IMG/VR virus record: IMGVR_UViG_2916441648_000002
Location: 20,198-84,197 of that record
DNA: 64,000 nt
Reading direction: 5' to 3' (one strand)
From: a virus
Lineage: Duplodnaviria; Caudoviricetes
Positions 8,934 through 17,467 of the stretch are shown one piece after another. Under the pieces are notes generated by a model that was not told the origin of the DNA, did not search any database, and saw only the letters and a list, made by a program, of their open reading frames with translations. The position numbers and the translations under genes were made by a program. Position 1 is the stretch's first letter; each line of letters begins with the position of its first letter.

Positions 8934-9250
8934 ACATTCACTCCCTGCTTTTTCAGCCATTCAACCGCGTTATCTCTGGCCTTGCCTGCACCGGATAACA
9001 GGTCTTTGATGATTGTTACAGGATCTGCATCCAGTTCCGTTTTGACGACAGTGATCCCCCTGGCAGCGCCAGGAGCAATGGAGAGATAACCTTTTTTCTT
9101 TAGCGCCTTCACATGCTCAGCAGCAGCGTTCGGTGATGAGCAACCAATCAGTTCAGCAAGCTCTATTAAAGTTGGTGGGAAGCCAACCTTCTCAATGTGA
9201 ACCTTGATAGCTTCATACACTTCACTCTGGCGCGACGTTAATTCGATCAT
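8930..9250 (-). CDS. LexA-type DNA-binding-domain protein lacking the peptidase domain
   Basis: RQ...GFPPT...SPNAAAEHVKALKKKG...GAARGI aligns by eye to the LexA N-terminal wHTH. Confidence 0.8.
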   Translation of the reverse strand: MIELTSRQSEVYEAIKVHIEKVGFPPTLIELAELIGCSSPNAAAEHVKALKKKGYLSIAPGAARGITVVKTELDADPVTIIKDLLSGAGKARDNAVEWLKKQGVNV

Positions 9251-9474
9251 GACTCGACTCCATAACGCCCGTTCAGGCGTCCGATTACGCTGTTGAACAT
9301 CACCAGACTTACGCCCATCGGTTTTACCTTCTCGTGGTACTCCTTAAGAATCGGAGGTACAACGACGTTCCAGCTTGGCTTCGGCTTCTTCTTCAGGGCT
9401 TTTTTAATGGCATCAGAGCATTGACGGGCTACATCACGCACAGCGTTTTCCTGCTCGGTTGATAGCTTCTTCAC
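9247..9474 (-). CDS. Hypothetical protein (75 aa)
   Basis: Coupled ORF; homolog at 52651-52899. Confidence 0.7.
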   Translation of the reverse strand: MKKLSTEQENAVRDVARQCSDAIKKALKKKPKPSWNVVVPPILKEYHEKVKPMGVSLVMFNSVIGRLNGRYGVES

Positions 9475-10436
9475 GCAACCTCCAAGTAAGCTCGAATGAA
9501 TTCAGCCGCGGCTTGTGCGTTTATGGCGTTACCATAGCCTTTGAGTCGGCCGACGCGGTTGCTGCTTGCCACTCTTGCCACCCCGGGCTCGACTCGTCCC
9601 ATGCGTGCGGCAGCCCCATCAACCAGCGGGAATGTGCCGGGTTCAACTGGACGCCATTTGCCATCTCGACAAAAGAGCCAGTCCGCATCTCGCCAAAAAC
9701 CGTTAACCTCAAGGGCCCGCATGTGTACGCCTGGCGGGGTAGCTGATCCAGTCTGTCCTTTCCATCCCGCTGCGCTGTCATTCCCGCCGAGTCCTTCCAG
9801 TCGCGTGAGGTTGGTGTCACCCATGCCGCCAGCACTGCAAAGTCCTGAAGGTTTGGCTGACGGCCAGCCTCCTTCCTCGCTATTACCTTTTTCCAGTCCT
9901 GGTAACAGTTTTTGACGTTGCTCGCTAATGGACTCGGCCACCCAATAAGCCCGCTCTCTGATGTGCGGAGCACCGATGCCCGCTGACGTAAACGGCACAA
10001 GCCCGAAGGCGTAGCCCATTCCTTCCAGATCTGCCTGTACAAGGTCGAACCATGTGTTTGCGTTACCGCTTGCAACCTGTTCGCCAAAGACATGCTGAGG
10101 CCTGCGCTCGCTGATGAGCTGGAAGAAGTGTGGCCAAAGGTGCCGCTCGTCAGCAAACCCATCTCCTTTGCCTGCCGCGCTGAAAGGCTGGCACGGGCAG
10201 GAGCCAGTCCAGACTGGTTTATCGTCAGGCCATCCGGCGAGGCGCAAGGAATGAGACCAGACGCCAATTCCGGCGAAGAAGTGGCACTGCGTGAATCCTC
10301 GCAGATCGTCAGGTGTGACATCTTCAATACTCCTTTCATCAACTTCGCCAGGTGCAATGTGACCGTTAGCGATCAGGTTACGCAGCCACTGAGCTGCATA
10401 GGGATCAATTTCGTTGTAATAAGCCGAGGATTTCAT
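9471..10436 (-). CDS. C5-cytosine DNA methyltransferase, alpha polypeptide (motifs I-VIII and X)
   Basis: FFAGIG, SCPCQPFS, GEQV, APHIRER and LKGYGNAI; no motif IX in this frame. Confidence 0.88.
   Translation of the reverse strand: MKSSAYYNEIDPYAAQWLRNLIANGHIAPGEVDERSIEDVTPDDLRGFTQCHFFAGIGVWSHSLRLAGWPDDKPVWTGSCPCQPFSAAGKGDGFADERHLWPHFFQLISERRPQHVFGEQVASGNANTWFDLVQADLEGMGYAFGLVPFTSAGIGAPHIRERAYWVAESISEQRQKLLPGLEKGNSEEGGWPSAKPSGLCSAGGMGDTNLTRLEGLGGNDSAAGWKGQTGSATPPGVHMRALEVNGFWRDADWLFCRDGKWRPVEPGTFPLVDGAAARMGRVEPGVARVASSNRVGRLKGYGNAINAQAAAEFIRAYLEVA
9521..10357 (-). CDS. Nested alternative-frame C5 MTase beta polypeptide (TRD plus motif IX); true start uncertain
   Basis: 278-codon frame fully inside alpha containing WPSPLAS, WVTPTSRDWKD and LNPAHSRWLMGLP. 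Confidence 0.72.
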   Translation of the reverse strand: MHLAKLMKGVLKMSHLTICEDSRSATSSPELASGLIPCASPDGLTINQSGLAPARASLSARQAKEMGLLTSGTFGHTSSSSSASAGLSMSLANRLQAVTQTHGSTLYRQIWKEWATPSGLCRLRQRASVLRTSESGLIGWPSPLASNVKNCYQDWKKVIARKEAGRQPNLQDFAVLAAWVTPTSRDWKDSAGMTAQRDGKDRLDQLPRQAYTCGPLRLTVFGEMRTGSFVEMANGVQLNPAHSRWLMGLPHAWDESSPGWQEWQAATASADSKAMVTP

Positions 10437-11092
10437 GCTGCACGCTCCTGAGGTTTGCCCATTGGAACGGCTACTGCCGGGATAAGCTCAACAGCCGGTG
10501 ATAGCGACTGATTTCCCCAGTGGTCCCAGCCTGGTGCACCGCAGCGGCTAAATAGTTCGATGCGCGGAACATCACCGTAAAGCTTCTCCAGACGGAAACG
10601 CGCCTCGGCGGGCTTTTGGCTGTGCTCACCGAGTGGACTGTAGATAACCTGCTTGATGCTGGCGCACTGGCGTTCGAGTCCATTCCCCCTGGTGGCGATC
10701 AGCAGGTCTTCGGTATTGGCTCGGGTGTAGTTCCCGCCGTTCATGCGGGTCTGTACGTTCAACAAGTCGAGGAAGTCGTAAAAGTCCTCCACTCCACCAG
10801 CCTGAAGTGCTTTGTTGATGTGCTGCTCTGCCAGAGGGTTGAACTTAACCCAGGTGAAGCCCTTCATCGTACGGACCTTAAAGCCCCATGCTTCAGACAG
10901 TTCAATCGCTTCGCGGGTATGCGTGCCGGTGAACCACATAGCCAGAACAGCATCATCAGCAGCAAGGTCCCAAACGGGGAGGCGTTTCATGTCGATAAGC
11001 TTCGTCGTGCCGTAGTGATTGGTGGCAGCGCCGTTACTTACTGTATTGCCATATTCCCAGGCTGGGTCAGCGTAAATCAGTGAGTATTTCAT
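10433..11092 (-). CDS. MT-A70 family adenine methyltransferase
   Basis: IYADPAW, GFTWVK, TEDLLIATRG, HSQKP, IELFSR and GWDHWGNQ. Confidence 0.88.
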   Translation of the reverse strand: MKYSLIYADPAWEYGNTVSNGAATNHYGTTKLIDMKRLPVWDLAADDAVLAMWFTGTHTREAIELSEAWGFKVRTMKGFTWVKFNPLAEQHINKALQAGGVEDFYDFLDLLNVQTRMNGGNYTRANTEDLLIATRGNGLERQCASIKQVIYSPLGEHSQKPAEARFRLEKLYGDVPRIELFSRCGAPGWDHWGNQSLSPAVELIPAVAVPMGKPQERAA

Positions 11093-11586
11093 CAGACGTT
11101 CCTCGCTCTGCCAGCAAGGCACCAGCCATCACCACATGGTTTAGCTCTCTGAACCATGCTCAGGCAGCGCTGGCGCTCATCCAGAATTTTTTCCCGCATC
11201 TCTTCGCTTTTGGAGCGGTTGAAGGCATCCATCAGGACCGTGGCGGCCCTCAGGAACAAACCCTTGTCAGATAATTCCTTGGCCTTCTCCATCATCGCAA
11301 CGACAGCAGGGTTTGGTGCGCTTTCCTGTTTTGGCTCAGGCATCACTTCGGCTTTTTCGACCGGGTAGCGCGGGACAATAGGCCCAATCGGACCAATTGG
11401 AGCTTTGGCGTAGTAGCGGAAGGTTGGACGTTCTCCACGGCGTTCTGCTCGTCCCAACATTGCCAGGCGGCATACCGCACGCTGAACACTGTGCAATTCA
11501 TACTCTGGCAGTGCTGCGGCGATCTCCTTATTCGTCATTCCAGGGTTATTGGCCACGAACAGTTGGATTGTTTTGAGAAAGCTCAT
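11092..11586 (-). CDS. PerC-family transcriptional regulator with N-terminal HTH
   Basis: KAKELSDKGLFLRAA...RQRCL PerC-like C-terminus. Confidence 0.7.
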   Translation of the reverse strand: MSFLKTIQLFVANNPGMTNKEIAAALPEYELHSVQRAVCRLAMLGRAERRGERPTFRYYAKAPIGPIGPIVPRYPVEKAEVMPEPKQESAPNPAVVAMMEKAKELSDKGLFLRAATVLMDAFNRSKSEEMREKILDERQRCLSMVQRAKPCGDGWCLAGRARNV

Positions 11587-12509
11587 GAGTTCGCTCCTCT
11601 GAAACCGTTGGGGACTTTGCTGTAGTCAGTGTTCTTGAAGCTGGAACGGAACACGCCATCCTCTCGGGCCCACTCTCCGTTGACGCGAGGAGGACGCCCA
11701 GCTTTGGCCCAGCTTTTCGCGGACTTCAGGTAGCCAGGGAATTTGCTAGGCTGGAAAAGAGTCTGTGGGCGGAGATAGGCTGCCATCGTCAGGTCTTCGC
11801 TCCACTTGGCGTTGCAGTAGTCCACCACCAGCGATAACTCTTCAACGGTGTAACCTTCCCCGATTCTGGCACGAATGTTTTGCAGCGAGGTTGTTGAAAC
11901 CTGATACTTGGAGTTAGTAACCTGGTTCAGGTGAACCAAAACCTGTTTAGCCTGATCGGTGATCAACACATCACGGTCTGGTTGCGGCGCAACCGGACAA
12001 ATAGGTTTTTTAATATCTGTAGTATTCTCTGTTGTATTCTCTGTAAGAACATCAGTGCAATTTGACCTGATGAGAGCGGTTCGTTTTGACCCGATGGAGC
12101 GTTTCACTTTGACCTCTTCCATCGGTTCATTTTGACCTGATGGAAGAGTGCATTTTGAACTCTTCGATTTGGTCACTTTGACCTCATCTAAAAGTTCGCT
12201 TTCGTAGTTGATCGTGTAGTAGTTAGTCATGTCGCGCTGAGACTTGTTCAGTTGCTCAACTTTGAGCACGCCGAGGTTCTTCAGTCTGGTAAATGTGCGC
12301 TTCAACGTAGACTCAGACCAGAACGGGAACTGCTCCAGCCACTGCTCGTTGGTGTTATAAATCCAGCGCACGCCGTCACGCTCCAGTCCGGAGGTGGTTT
12401 CTTTAAGCCAGTAGTTAACCTGCTGCAACGCAATGGCCTCGTTCAGGCCAATGCTGTACGCAAGGTCAGGGTTTATCACTATCGGCCGGGATGGCATCAA
12501 CAGGCTCAT
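11583..12509 (-). CDS. Replication initiation protein (O-like, conserved phage C-terminal domain)
   Basis: N-terminal wHTH, internal iterons, LRPQTLF..KFPGYL C-terminal domain. Confidence 0.85.
   Translation of the reverse strand: MSLLMPSRPIVINPDLAYSIGLNEAIALQQVNYWLKETTSGLERDGVRWIYNTNEQWLEQFPFWSESTLKRTFTRLKNLGVLKVEQLNKSQRDMTNYYTINYESELLDEVKVTKSKSSKCTLPSGQNEPMEEVKVKRSIGSKRTALIRSNCTDVLTENTTENTTDIKKPICPVAPQPDRDVLITDQAKQVLVHLNQVTNSKYQVSTTSLQNIRARIGEGYTVEELSLVVDYCNAKWSEDLTMAAYLRPQTLFQPSKFPGYLKSAKSWAKAGRPPRVNGEWAREDGVFRSSFKNTDYSKVPNGFRGANS
12061..12183. repeat. Replication origin iterons: six TTTGA(C/A)C cores at about 23-bp period
   Basis: Cores at 12061, 12085, 12108, 12131, 12154 and 12177, next to an AT-rich tract inside the rep gene. 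Confidence 0.8.
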
Positions 12510-12678
12510 GGTCGTCCTTTAACTCTGTAAATTTACGCTGGAATTGGTCAAGAGGGCTGAAGCACTCATGTTCGTACCCTTCGCGCAGGTATATAACGCG
12601 TCGACTCTCAGGCTCCCATCTGATGACACGGACCGGGACGCCGTAGTGGTCTTTGAATCGCCGGTTAAGTTCACGCAT
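12466..12678 (-). CDS. DUF4222-like protein
   Basis: FKDHYGVPVRVIRWE...FQRKF; homolog at 54929-55141. Confidence 0.7.
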   Translation of the reverse strand: MRELNRRFKDHYGVPVRVIRWEPESRRVIYLREGYEHECFSPLDQFQRKFTELKDDHEPVDAIPADSDKP

Positions 12679-12845
12679 AACGATTCCCCTTTACGACGCC
12701 ACACACCCACAATTCCCATGGCCCTGCTGTGGTTACACGCAACCCAGCGGCCTGATACCATGCGCTCATACCGAAACGACGAGGTTCCAACAACGGGAAT
12801 ACCACGGAGTTGCGGGAGACGGTTGTTTACCGTTAAACTGTTCAT
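12519..12845 (-). CDS. Hypothetical protein overlapping the DUF4222-like gene
   Basis: ATG coupled to the upstream stop; positional analog at 54982-55320. Confidence 0.5.
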   Translation of the reverse strand: MNSLTVNNRLPQLRGIPVVGTSSFRYERMVSGRWVACNHSRAMGIVGVWRRKGESLCVNLTGDSKTTTASRSVSSDGSLRVDALYTCAKGTNMSASALLTNSSVNLQS

Positions 12846-13396
12846 GCGTTAGTTTCTCCACTGATACGACACGCCACGGAGCCCGGAGCTGCACACTCGC
12901 GGGCTTCACTCTTTTCTGGTGCGCAAAACACACGGAAAAGTAGCGTTAAATGCTCTTGCCACTTGGCCATAACCTGATAGCTGTTCTCTTCGATTTGAGC
13001 GCGTTCTGACGCGTCAATAACACCATCGGCTGTAGCCTTTCTGAGGTATTGAGAGTGTTTGCCAATCCACTCTACTGATTCCATCAAGCGCTGATTGATA
13101 TCTCCGTTCTCCACTTCCTCAACATCAGCCAGTGGAACAAAGACGCCGTTTGAATGGCGAGCAATTGCGTTTGCAATGTGATTTGACCCACCAGCTCGCT
13201 GTAACACCATGGCCCAGCCAAGAGGGAAAATCTGATCTCCATCCATGCGGAGACGGTTAAATAAAGCGTTTTCTGTAACTCCAAGCCACTCGGCAGCTTC
13301 GCTATATCCGCCAGGTAATTCAGTAATAGTTTTTTTGATAGCAGCAACCAACCAAACCGGTTGTTTATCAACTTTCCATTCAGGTTCTATACCCAC
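12842..13396 (-). CDS. YmfL-family (CII-slot) regulatory protein
   Basis: GTG start; LPGGYSEAAEWLG...LFNRLR...DGVID; directly after cro. Confidence 0.75.
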   Translation of the reverse strand: MGIEPEWKVDKQPVWLVAAIKKTITELPGGYSEAAEWLGVTENALFNRLRMDGDQIFPLGWAMVLQRAGGSNHIANAIARHSNGVFVPLADVEEVENGDINQRLMESVEWIGKHSQYLRKATADGVIDASERAQIEENSYQVMAKWQEHLTLLFRVFCAPEKSEARECAAPGSVACRISGETNA

Positions 13397-13421
13397 GGCC
13401 AACCCCTCATCTCTGTGGTTA

Positions 13422-13622
13422 TTAACAAGCTGCTGAATCTGTAGACTTTTGGTAAAGACTGGCATCGTACTTAAGCTTGCCTTTCGTAATTCTCTCGATA
13501 ACGAACGCTTGCTTTTGAGGGATAACTTCACCCCATCGGCAAACTGCCGGGTGGGAAATCCCAAGAACACTTGCGGTTTTTGATACGCCGCCGAAGTGCT
13601 CAATGACTTCTGATTTACGCAT
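13422..13622 (-). CDS. cro: Cro-like repressor
   Basis: 66-aa HTH divergent from cI. Confidence 0.85.
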   Translation of the reverse strand: MRKSEVIEHFGGVSKTASVLGISHPAVCRWGEVIPQKQAFVIERITKGKLKYDASLYQKSTDSAAC

Positions 13623-13651
13623 GGTTCCTCCTGGTTAACTCACGCCTTAAA

Positions 13652-13715
13652 GGTAACAAAAGGTACATCAAATAGCAAACAACAGTTACAAGGAATCAAT
13701 GTAACATTGGTTACA
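13652..13715. promoter_or_regulatory. OR operators of prophage 1 (GTAAC-N4-G(G/T)TAC)
   Basis: GGTAACAAAAGGTACA 13652, degenerate site 13675, TGTAACATTGGTTACA 13700; same motif recurs at OL. Confidence 0.7.
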
Positions 13716-14374
13716 TGAAAACAGAGATGAAAGACCGAATAAGATCCCGTCGAGTTCAACTCGACATAACACAGCAGACCCTGGCTAAACGCTTGGGCGT
13801 CAGCCGTGTTTCCGTGACTAAATGGGAGAGCGGTACAACCAAGCCTGATGGAGAGAACCTCCACCAGCTGGCAATGGCGCTGCAGACAACTCCAGAATGG
13901 ATTCTTTACGGTCAAGGTGAGGAAACCCAGGACGATACGAAAGTTGTTCCCTTCCTTAAGCCACCAACGGCAGTCCCTATTATCTCGGCCGTTCAAGCCG
14001 GGATGTGGACTGATACTTATGCATGCTCAAGGCTTTCTGATGTGATTTCATGGACGCAAACCACTGCAAACGTTTCTGATGAAGTATTCGGCCTGGTAGT
14101 TCGCGGGGAGTCAATGACCAACCCTCACGGCCTCCCATCCATTCCAGAAGGATCGATCGTTATTGTTGAGCCTCATTATGGCCAACTGGATGACCTTTAC
14201 GGGAAAATAGTTGTGGCGATACTTGATGGTTCAGCAGAGGCAACGGTCAAAAAGCTTGTTTGGGATAGCCCTTACGCATATTTAATGCCCCTCAATCCTT
14301 CATTTAAACCCATCCCAATAGACGGTAATTGCCGAATTGTTGGGAAAGTAGTTCAGATAACCCAGAACATTTAA
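13715..14374 (+). CDS. cI: CI repressor (P22 c2-like HTH plus S24 peptidase)
   Basis: HTH, VQAG cleavage site, GESM Ser and TVKKL Lys. Confidence 0.92.
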   Translation: MKTEMKDRIRSRRVQLDITQQTLAKRLGVSRVSVTKWESGTTKPDGENLHQLAMALQTTPEWILYGQGEETQDDTKVVPFLKPPTAVPIISAVQAGMWTDTYACSRLSDVISWTQTTANVSDEVFGLVVRGESMTNPHGLPSIPEGSIVIVEPHYGQLDDLYGKIVVAILDGSAEATVKKLVWDSPYAYLMPLNPSFKPIPIDGNCRIVGKVVQITQNI

Positions 14375-14386
14375 GTCCTTCATTTC

Positions 14387-14416
14387 CAATGCCAGATATC
14401 CTTCTGGCATTTTTTT
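14387..14416 (+). terminator. Rho-independent terminator after cI
   Basis: AATGCCAGA-N-TCTGGCATT followed by a T-run. Confidence 0.75.
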
Positions 14417-14426
14417 CGCTCATCAA

Positions 14427-14509
14427 GGTAACAAAAAGTACATTCGCCGCTTGACCATTGAAGTAACTAAAGGTACATTTAAATCACACCACAGGTACTG
14501 ACAGTTACC
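14427..14509 (+). promoter_or_regulatory. OL operators and PL promoter of prophage 1
   Basis: Operators at 14427, 14462 and 14494; TTGACC(14451)-17-TACATT(14474). Confidence 0.75.
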
Positions 14510-14760
14510 TGCGCCGGTGTGGTAGTTAGCAGTACGGTATATGGCACATGTGCCGCAGCGGTCCGGGGATTTCTTTCAGTATCCAGATCCAGCGGGTAGC
14601 CGGAATGTGCAAGCCAGGCGTGTACGGCAGCCAGAAGCGTTTCACCAGCGTGGCGATCAGGTGTGACACCTCGGAAGAGACGAGGATAAAAGCCACTCAC
14701 AATAAGTATCAGTTGGATGCTTATCGGGACTGGAGGAATCACCACTTGAAGGAGTTAAGC

Positions 14761-14973
14761 ATGACCATTCAGGTTCGTGTTACTGACAACCCTTGCAATA
14801 TCGGAAATGGATTTTGGGATATAGGTAAAGCTTTCGAGGTTGTTGGTGAAACTAATTGCTTTTACATAATTGAAGGTGGTTTCAAGGTTAATAAGAAACA
14901 CTTTTCGATTGCTGGGACAGCATGTGGTAATCACAGCGTGAAAGTAGAGCTTATCACAGAGAAATCACGATAA
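14761..14973 (+). CDS. AT-rich hypothetical protein (70 aa) inserted in the PL leader, prophage 1 only
   Basis: GGAG RBS; absent from the prophage 2 leader. Confidence 0.6.
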   Translation: MTIQVRVTDNPCNIGNGFWDIGKAFEVVGETNCFYIIEGGFKVNKKHFSIAGTACGNHSVKVELITEKSR

Positions 14974-15494
14974 AAGCCGGGATAACCGGAACATAACTGA
15001 AAGCGCATTCCTCTTTCACTGATGGGGATCGGTTTGTTAACTGGCGGAGTGCGCTTCCAGTTGTGGTGAATGCGCAGGCTGATGCGTCGTGACTACAGTA
15101 GTGCGCGCTTCACGGGGAATTGCTACAACCCTGAGCCGGATTTCAGCACCGGTCACCACAACCACATCACGTTAGGACCGTGGTAACCCGTAGTAGCTGT
15201 ACCAGATGCTGTGTGTAGTCTTGGCGGTCGGCAGTTGTGAATGTCCTTAATGTCGACCGCCCCTTTTCACAACTGAAAGCGCGTTCGGCCAATTCCTTGA
15301 GAGGCCTCAGTCGTTAAATCAACTCAGGGGAACGCGCTCCCAATTGTGGAGAAGCTAACAGGCGGTGGCAGCCGCCCGTTTCACTAAGTGCCCTTTTTGG
15401 GTGCTTATTAAAACGAAACCCACTTATGTTTTGTCGCCAATCGGCGAGGGATTCGTGCAACCAAAATTCAGCGGATATTTCCACTGGAGGACTG

Positions 15495-15749
15495 ATGAAC
15501 CACCTCGAATTTATTGAGAAAAACGTAAGGGAACAGCTGATTAAGCAAGGCTTTTCTTCTTCGGTGGCTCAGGGGGGGGCTTGGCAAGCACTTGATTTAT
15601 ATAAGCGCATGTCACAAGCCAGTAAGAAAGGCGCGATTTTCGATGATGTGATGAGGCATGCGAAAGCCTGGGCAGATAAACAGGTTTCAAAAGCTGAAGT
15701 TACGCGGAGAAAACGCACCTCACACAAAGACCAAGGCGGCCTCTTCTGA
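15495..15749 (+). CDS. Hypothetical early protein (84 aa)
   Basis: GGAGG RBS; identical copy at 57838. Confidence 0.75.
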   Translation: MNHLEFIEKNVREQLIKQGFSSSVAQGGAWQALDLYKRMSQASKKGAIFDDVMRHAKAWADKQVSKAEVTRRKRTSHKDQGGLF

Positions 15750-15807
15750 GTTGTAAGGCCAATAATTCAGCGCTGTGCAGAGCGCTTATAACACGGAGAA
15801 ACTATCC

Positions 15808-16167
15808 ATGACGAACACACAGAACGTCACCGAGCTACAACCACGCATGACCAGAGAGCAGCTGATCGAAGCAGCACGTATCGCCGCTAAGTTCCTGCCA
15901 GTTGCATCAGCTCAGCTTATGAATGAGCTTGCTAACCGTCTCGATATCACCAGCGTAGCGCTTTGCGAAGCGATGGCACAGCGTAAGGAACTTGCTGAGC
16001 AGAACGCCACCCTACGCGAAGATGTTGCCAGCTGGGCCAAAGAGTGTGACCGCCTTGAAGAGCGCCGCACAAAGACGCCTACGAATGTTCACTCACTGGA
16101 AGCGCAGCGCGAATTACGTGAGTTGCCGGCGGTCGTATTTACCCATGAAGACGAGGTAGCGCTCTAA
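15808..16167 (+). CDS. Hypothetical early protein (119 aa)
   Basis: GGAG RBS; identical copy at 58151. Confidence 0.7.
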   Translation: MTNTQNVTELQPRMTREQLIEAARIAAKFLPVASAQLMNELANRLDITSVALCEAMAQRKELAEQNATLREDVASWAKECDRLEERRTKTPTNVHSLEAQRELRELPAVVFTHEDEVAL

Positions 16168-16994
16168 TGGCTAACTCATTCAAACAAATGACCCGTGACG
16201 GTACCATTAAGCGTACCGATACCGGGATGTTCATCCCCCTTTCCGATATCCATGTTCGTGAAGGTTTCAACAAGCGTGAAGACGATGAACGCACCCGCCA
16301 GGCTGATGATGACCTGTTTAACTACCTGATGAACGGCGGATCAGTTCCACCGCTGGAAGTTATCGCCCGTGATGAAGGTGGCGTGTGGGTTGTTGAAGGT
16401 CACCGTCGCCGTCGTTGCTACGCGCGCTGCGCTGAAGCTGGAAAGCCAGTAGACCGCATTCACATCATGCCGTTCAACGGTAACGATGTGCAGAGACTGG
16501 CGCGCATCATGACCAGTAACAACCAGCTGCCGCTCTCCGATATGGAACAGGCCGCAGTTATTCAAGAGCTGCATAACGCCTTTAACCAGACCACCAGCGA
16601 GATCGCAAAACTGGTCAATAAGTCTGTACCTACTGTCGAAAAGCTCTTGCTACTTAGCACAGCTAACCACGACGTTCAGAAAGAAGTTAAATCCGGCAAC
16701 GTGTCCGTAGATGTGGCTGTTGATCGAGTAAAAGAGTTCGGCGAAAAGGCCGGTGAGGTTCTCCAGAAGGATAAAGCTTCCGCTGCCGCAAAGGGTAAGA
16801 AGAAAGTTACCCGCAGCGTTATAGCGCCGGAAATTAGCGTGAAGAAAGCGCGACGTCTTGTAGAGCTGATCAGCCTGGCGGGTGTAAGCGACACAGGCGT
16901 TATCTCTCTCGAAGGATTGGTCCATGCGGAAGTTTTAGGAATCATCGACGAGCACAAAGCTATCGCAGCTCAGCGTCAAGGAGAAACATCGTGA
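16167..16994 (+). CDS. ParB/Srx-like N-terminal domain protein
   Basis: GFNKR...VPPLEV...VVEGHRR motif plus HTH. Confidence 0.8.
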   Translation: MANSFKQMTRDGTIKRTDTGMFIPLSDIHVREGFNKREDDERTRQADDDLFNYLMNGGSVPPLEVIARDEGGVWVVEGHRRRRCYARCAEAGKPVDRIHIMPFNGNDVQRLARIMTSNNQLPLSDMEQAAVIQELHNAFNQTTSEIAKLVNKSVPTVEKLLLLSTANHDVQKEVKSGNVSVDVAVDRVKEFGEKAGEVLQKDKASAAAKGKKKVTRSVIAPEISVKKARRLVELISLAGVSDTGVISLEGLVHAEVLGIIDEHKAIAAQRQGETS

Positions 16995-17467
16995 TTACCG
17001 AAAAAAATAATGTCTTTTATTGCGACTGTGGATTTTCTTTCCTGAGAGGTCACAGCGGCGCGCATGACTGTGCTGTTGGCCTTCGTAATAAGCTGTCCAA
17101 GTCTGAAGCCAGGTGCGCGGCGCTGGCTGCGGAGAATGCGGGGCTGAAGGCTGCATTAAATCCTAAAGTAATCCCTGATGCGGCAGTCGAAGCGTTTAAT
17201 GAAACAGCCATCATGGACCACGACTGGAATGAGACAAGCGAATGGTCATGGGTGGAGAACGATACCGATGTTATTCGTGCCGTACTTGAATCCATCAAGC
17301 CTGATACCCCAGCCACCGACGCTTTCCTGGCTGAAGTGCGGGCGCAGGGTGTTGATGTAGCTATCGAGCACTTGATTAACAAATTCGAAGGAACAGGGCG
17401 CATTGGCGTTCCCATAATGGCTCTGGAGTGGCTGTCGAAGGAACTTCGCAAAGGGGTGCGGTCATGA
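16991..17467 (+). CDS. Eaa/Ead-like early protein
   Basis: LAAENAGLK...TPATDAFLAEVRAQGV signature. Confidence 0.65.
   Translation: MITEKNNVFYCDCGFSFLRGHSGAHDCAVGLRNKLSKSEARCAALAAENAGLKAALNPKVIPDAAVEAFNETAIMDHDWNETSEWSWVENDTDVIRAVLESIKPDTPATDAFLAEVRAQGVDVAIEHLINKFEGTGRIGVPIMALEWLSKELRKGVRS

Noticed and set aside
9471-10436. Frameshifted pseudogene reading of the C5 MTase
   Set aside because: Both frames are open end to end, and motif X returns in the alpha frame after the beta-only motifs; a single frameshift cannot produce this.
12061-12183. Periodic repeats as a CRISPR array or minisatellite
   Set aside because: 7-bp cores at 23-bp period inside the rep gene next to an AT-rich tract fit iterons; no cas genes and no 30-40-bp repeat-spacer units.
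12842-13603. 253-aa ORF spanning cro
   Set aside because: The upstream extension overlaps cro in another frame; the real gene most likely starts at GTG 13396.
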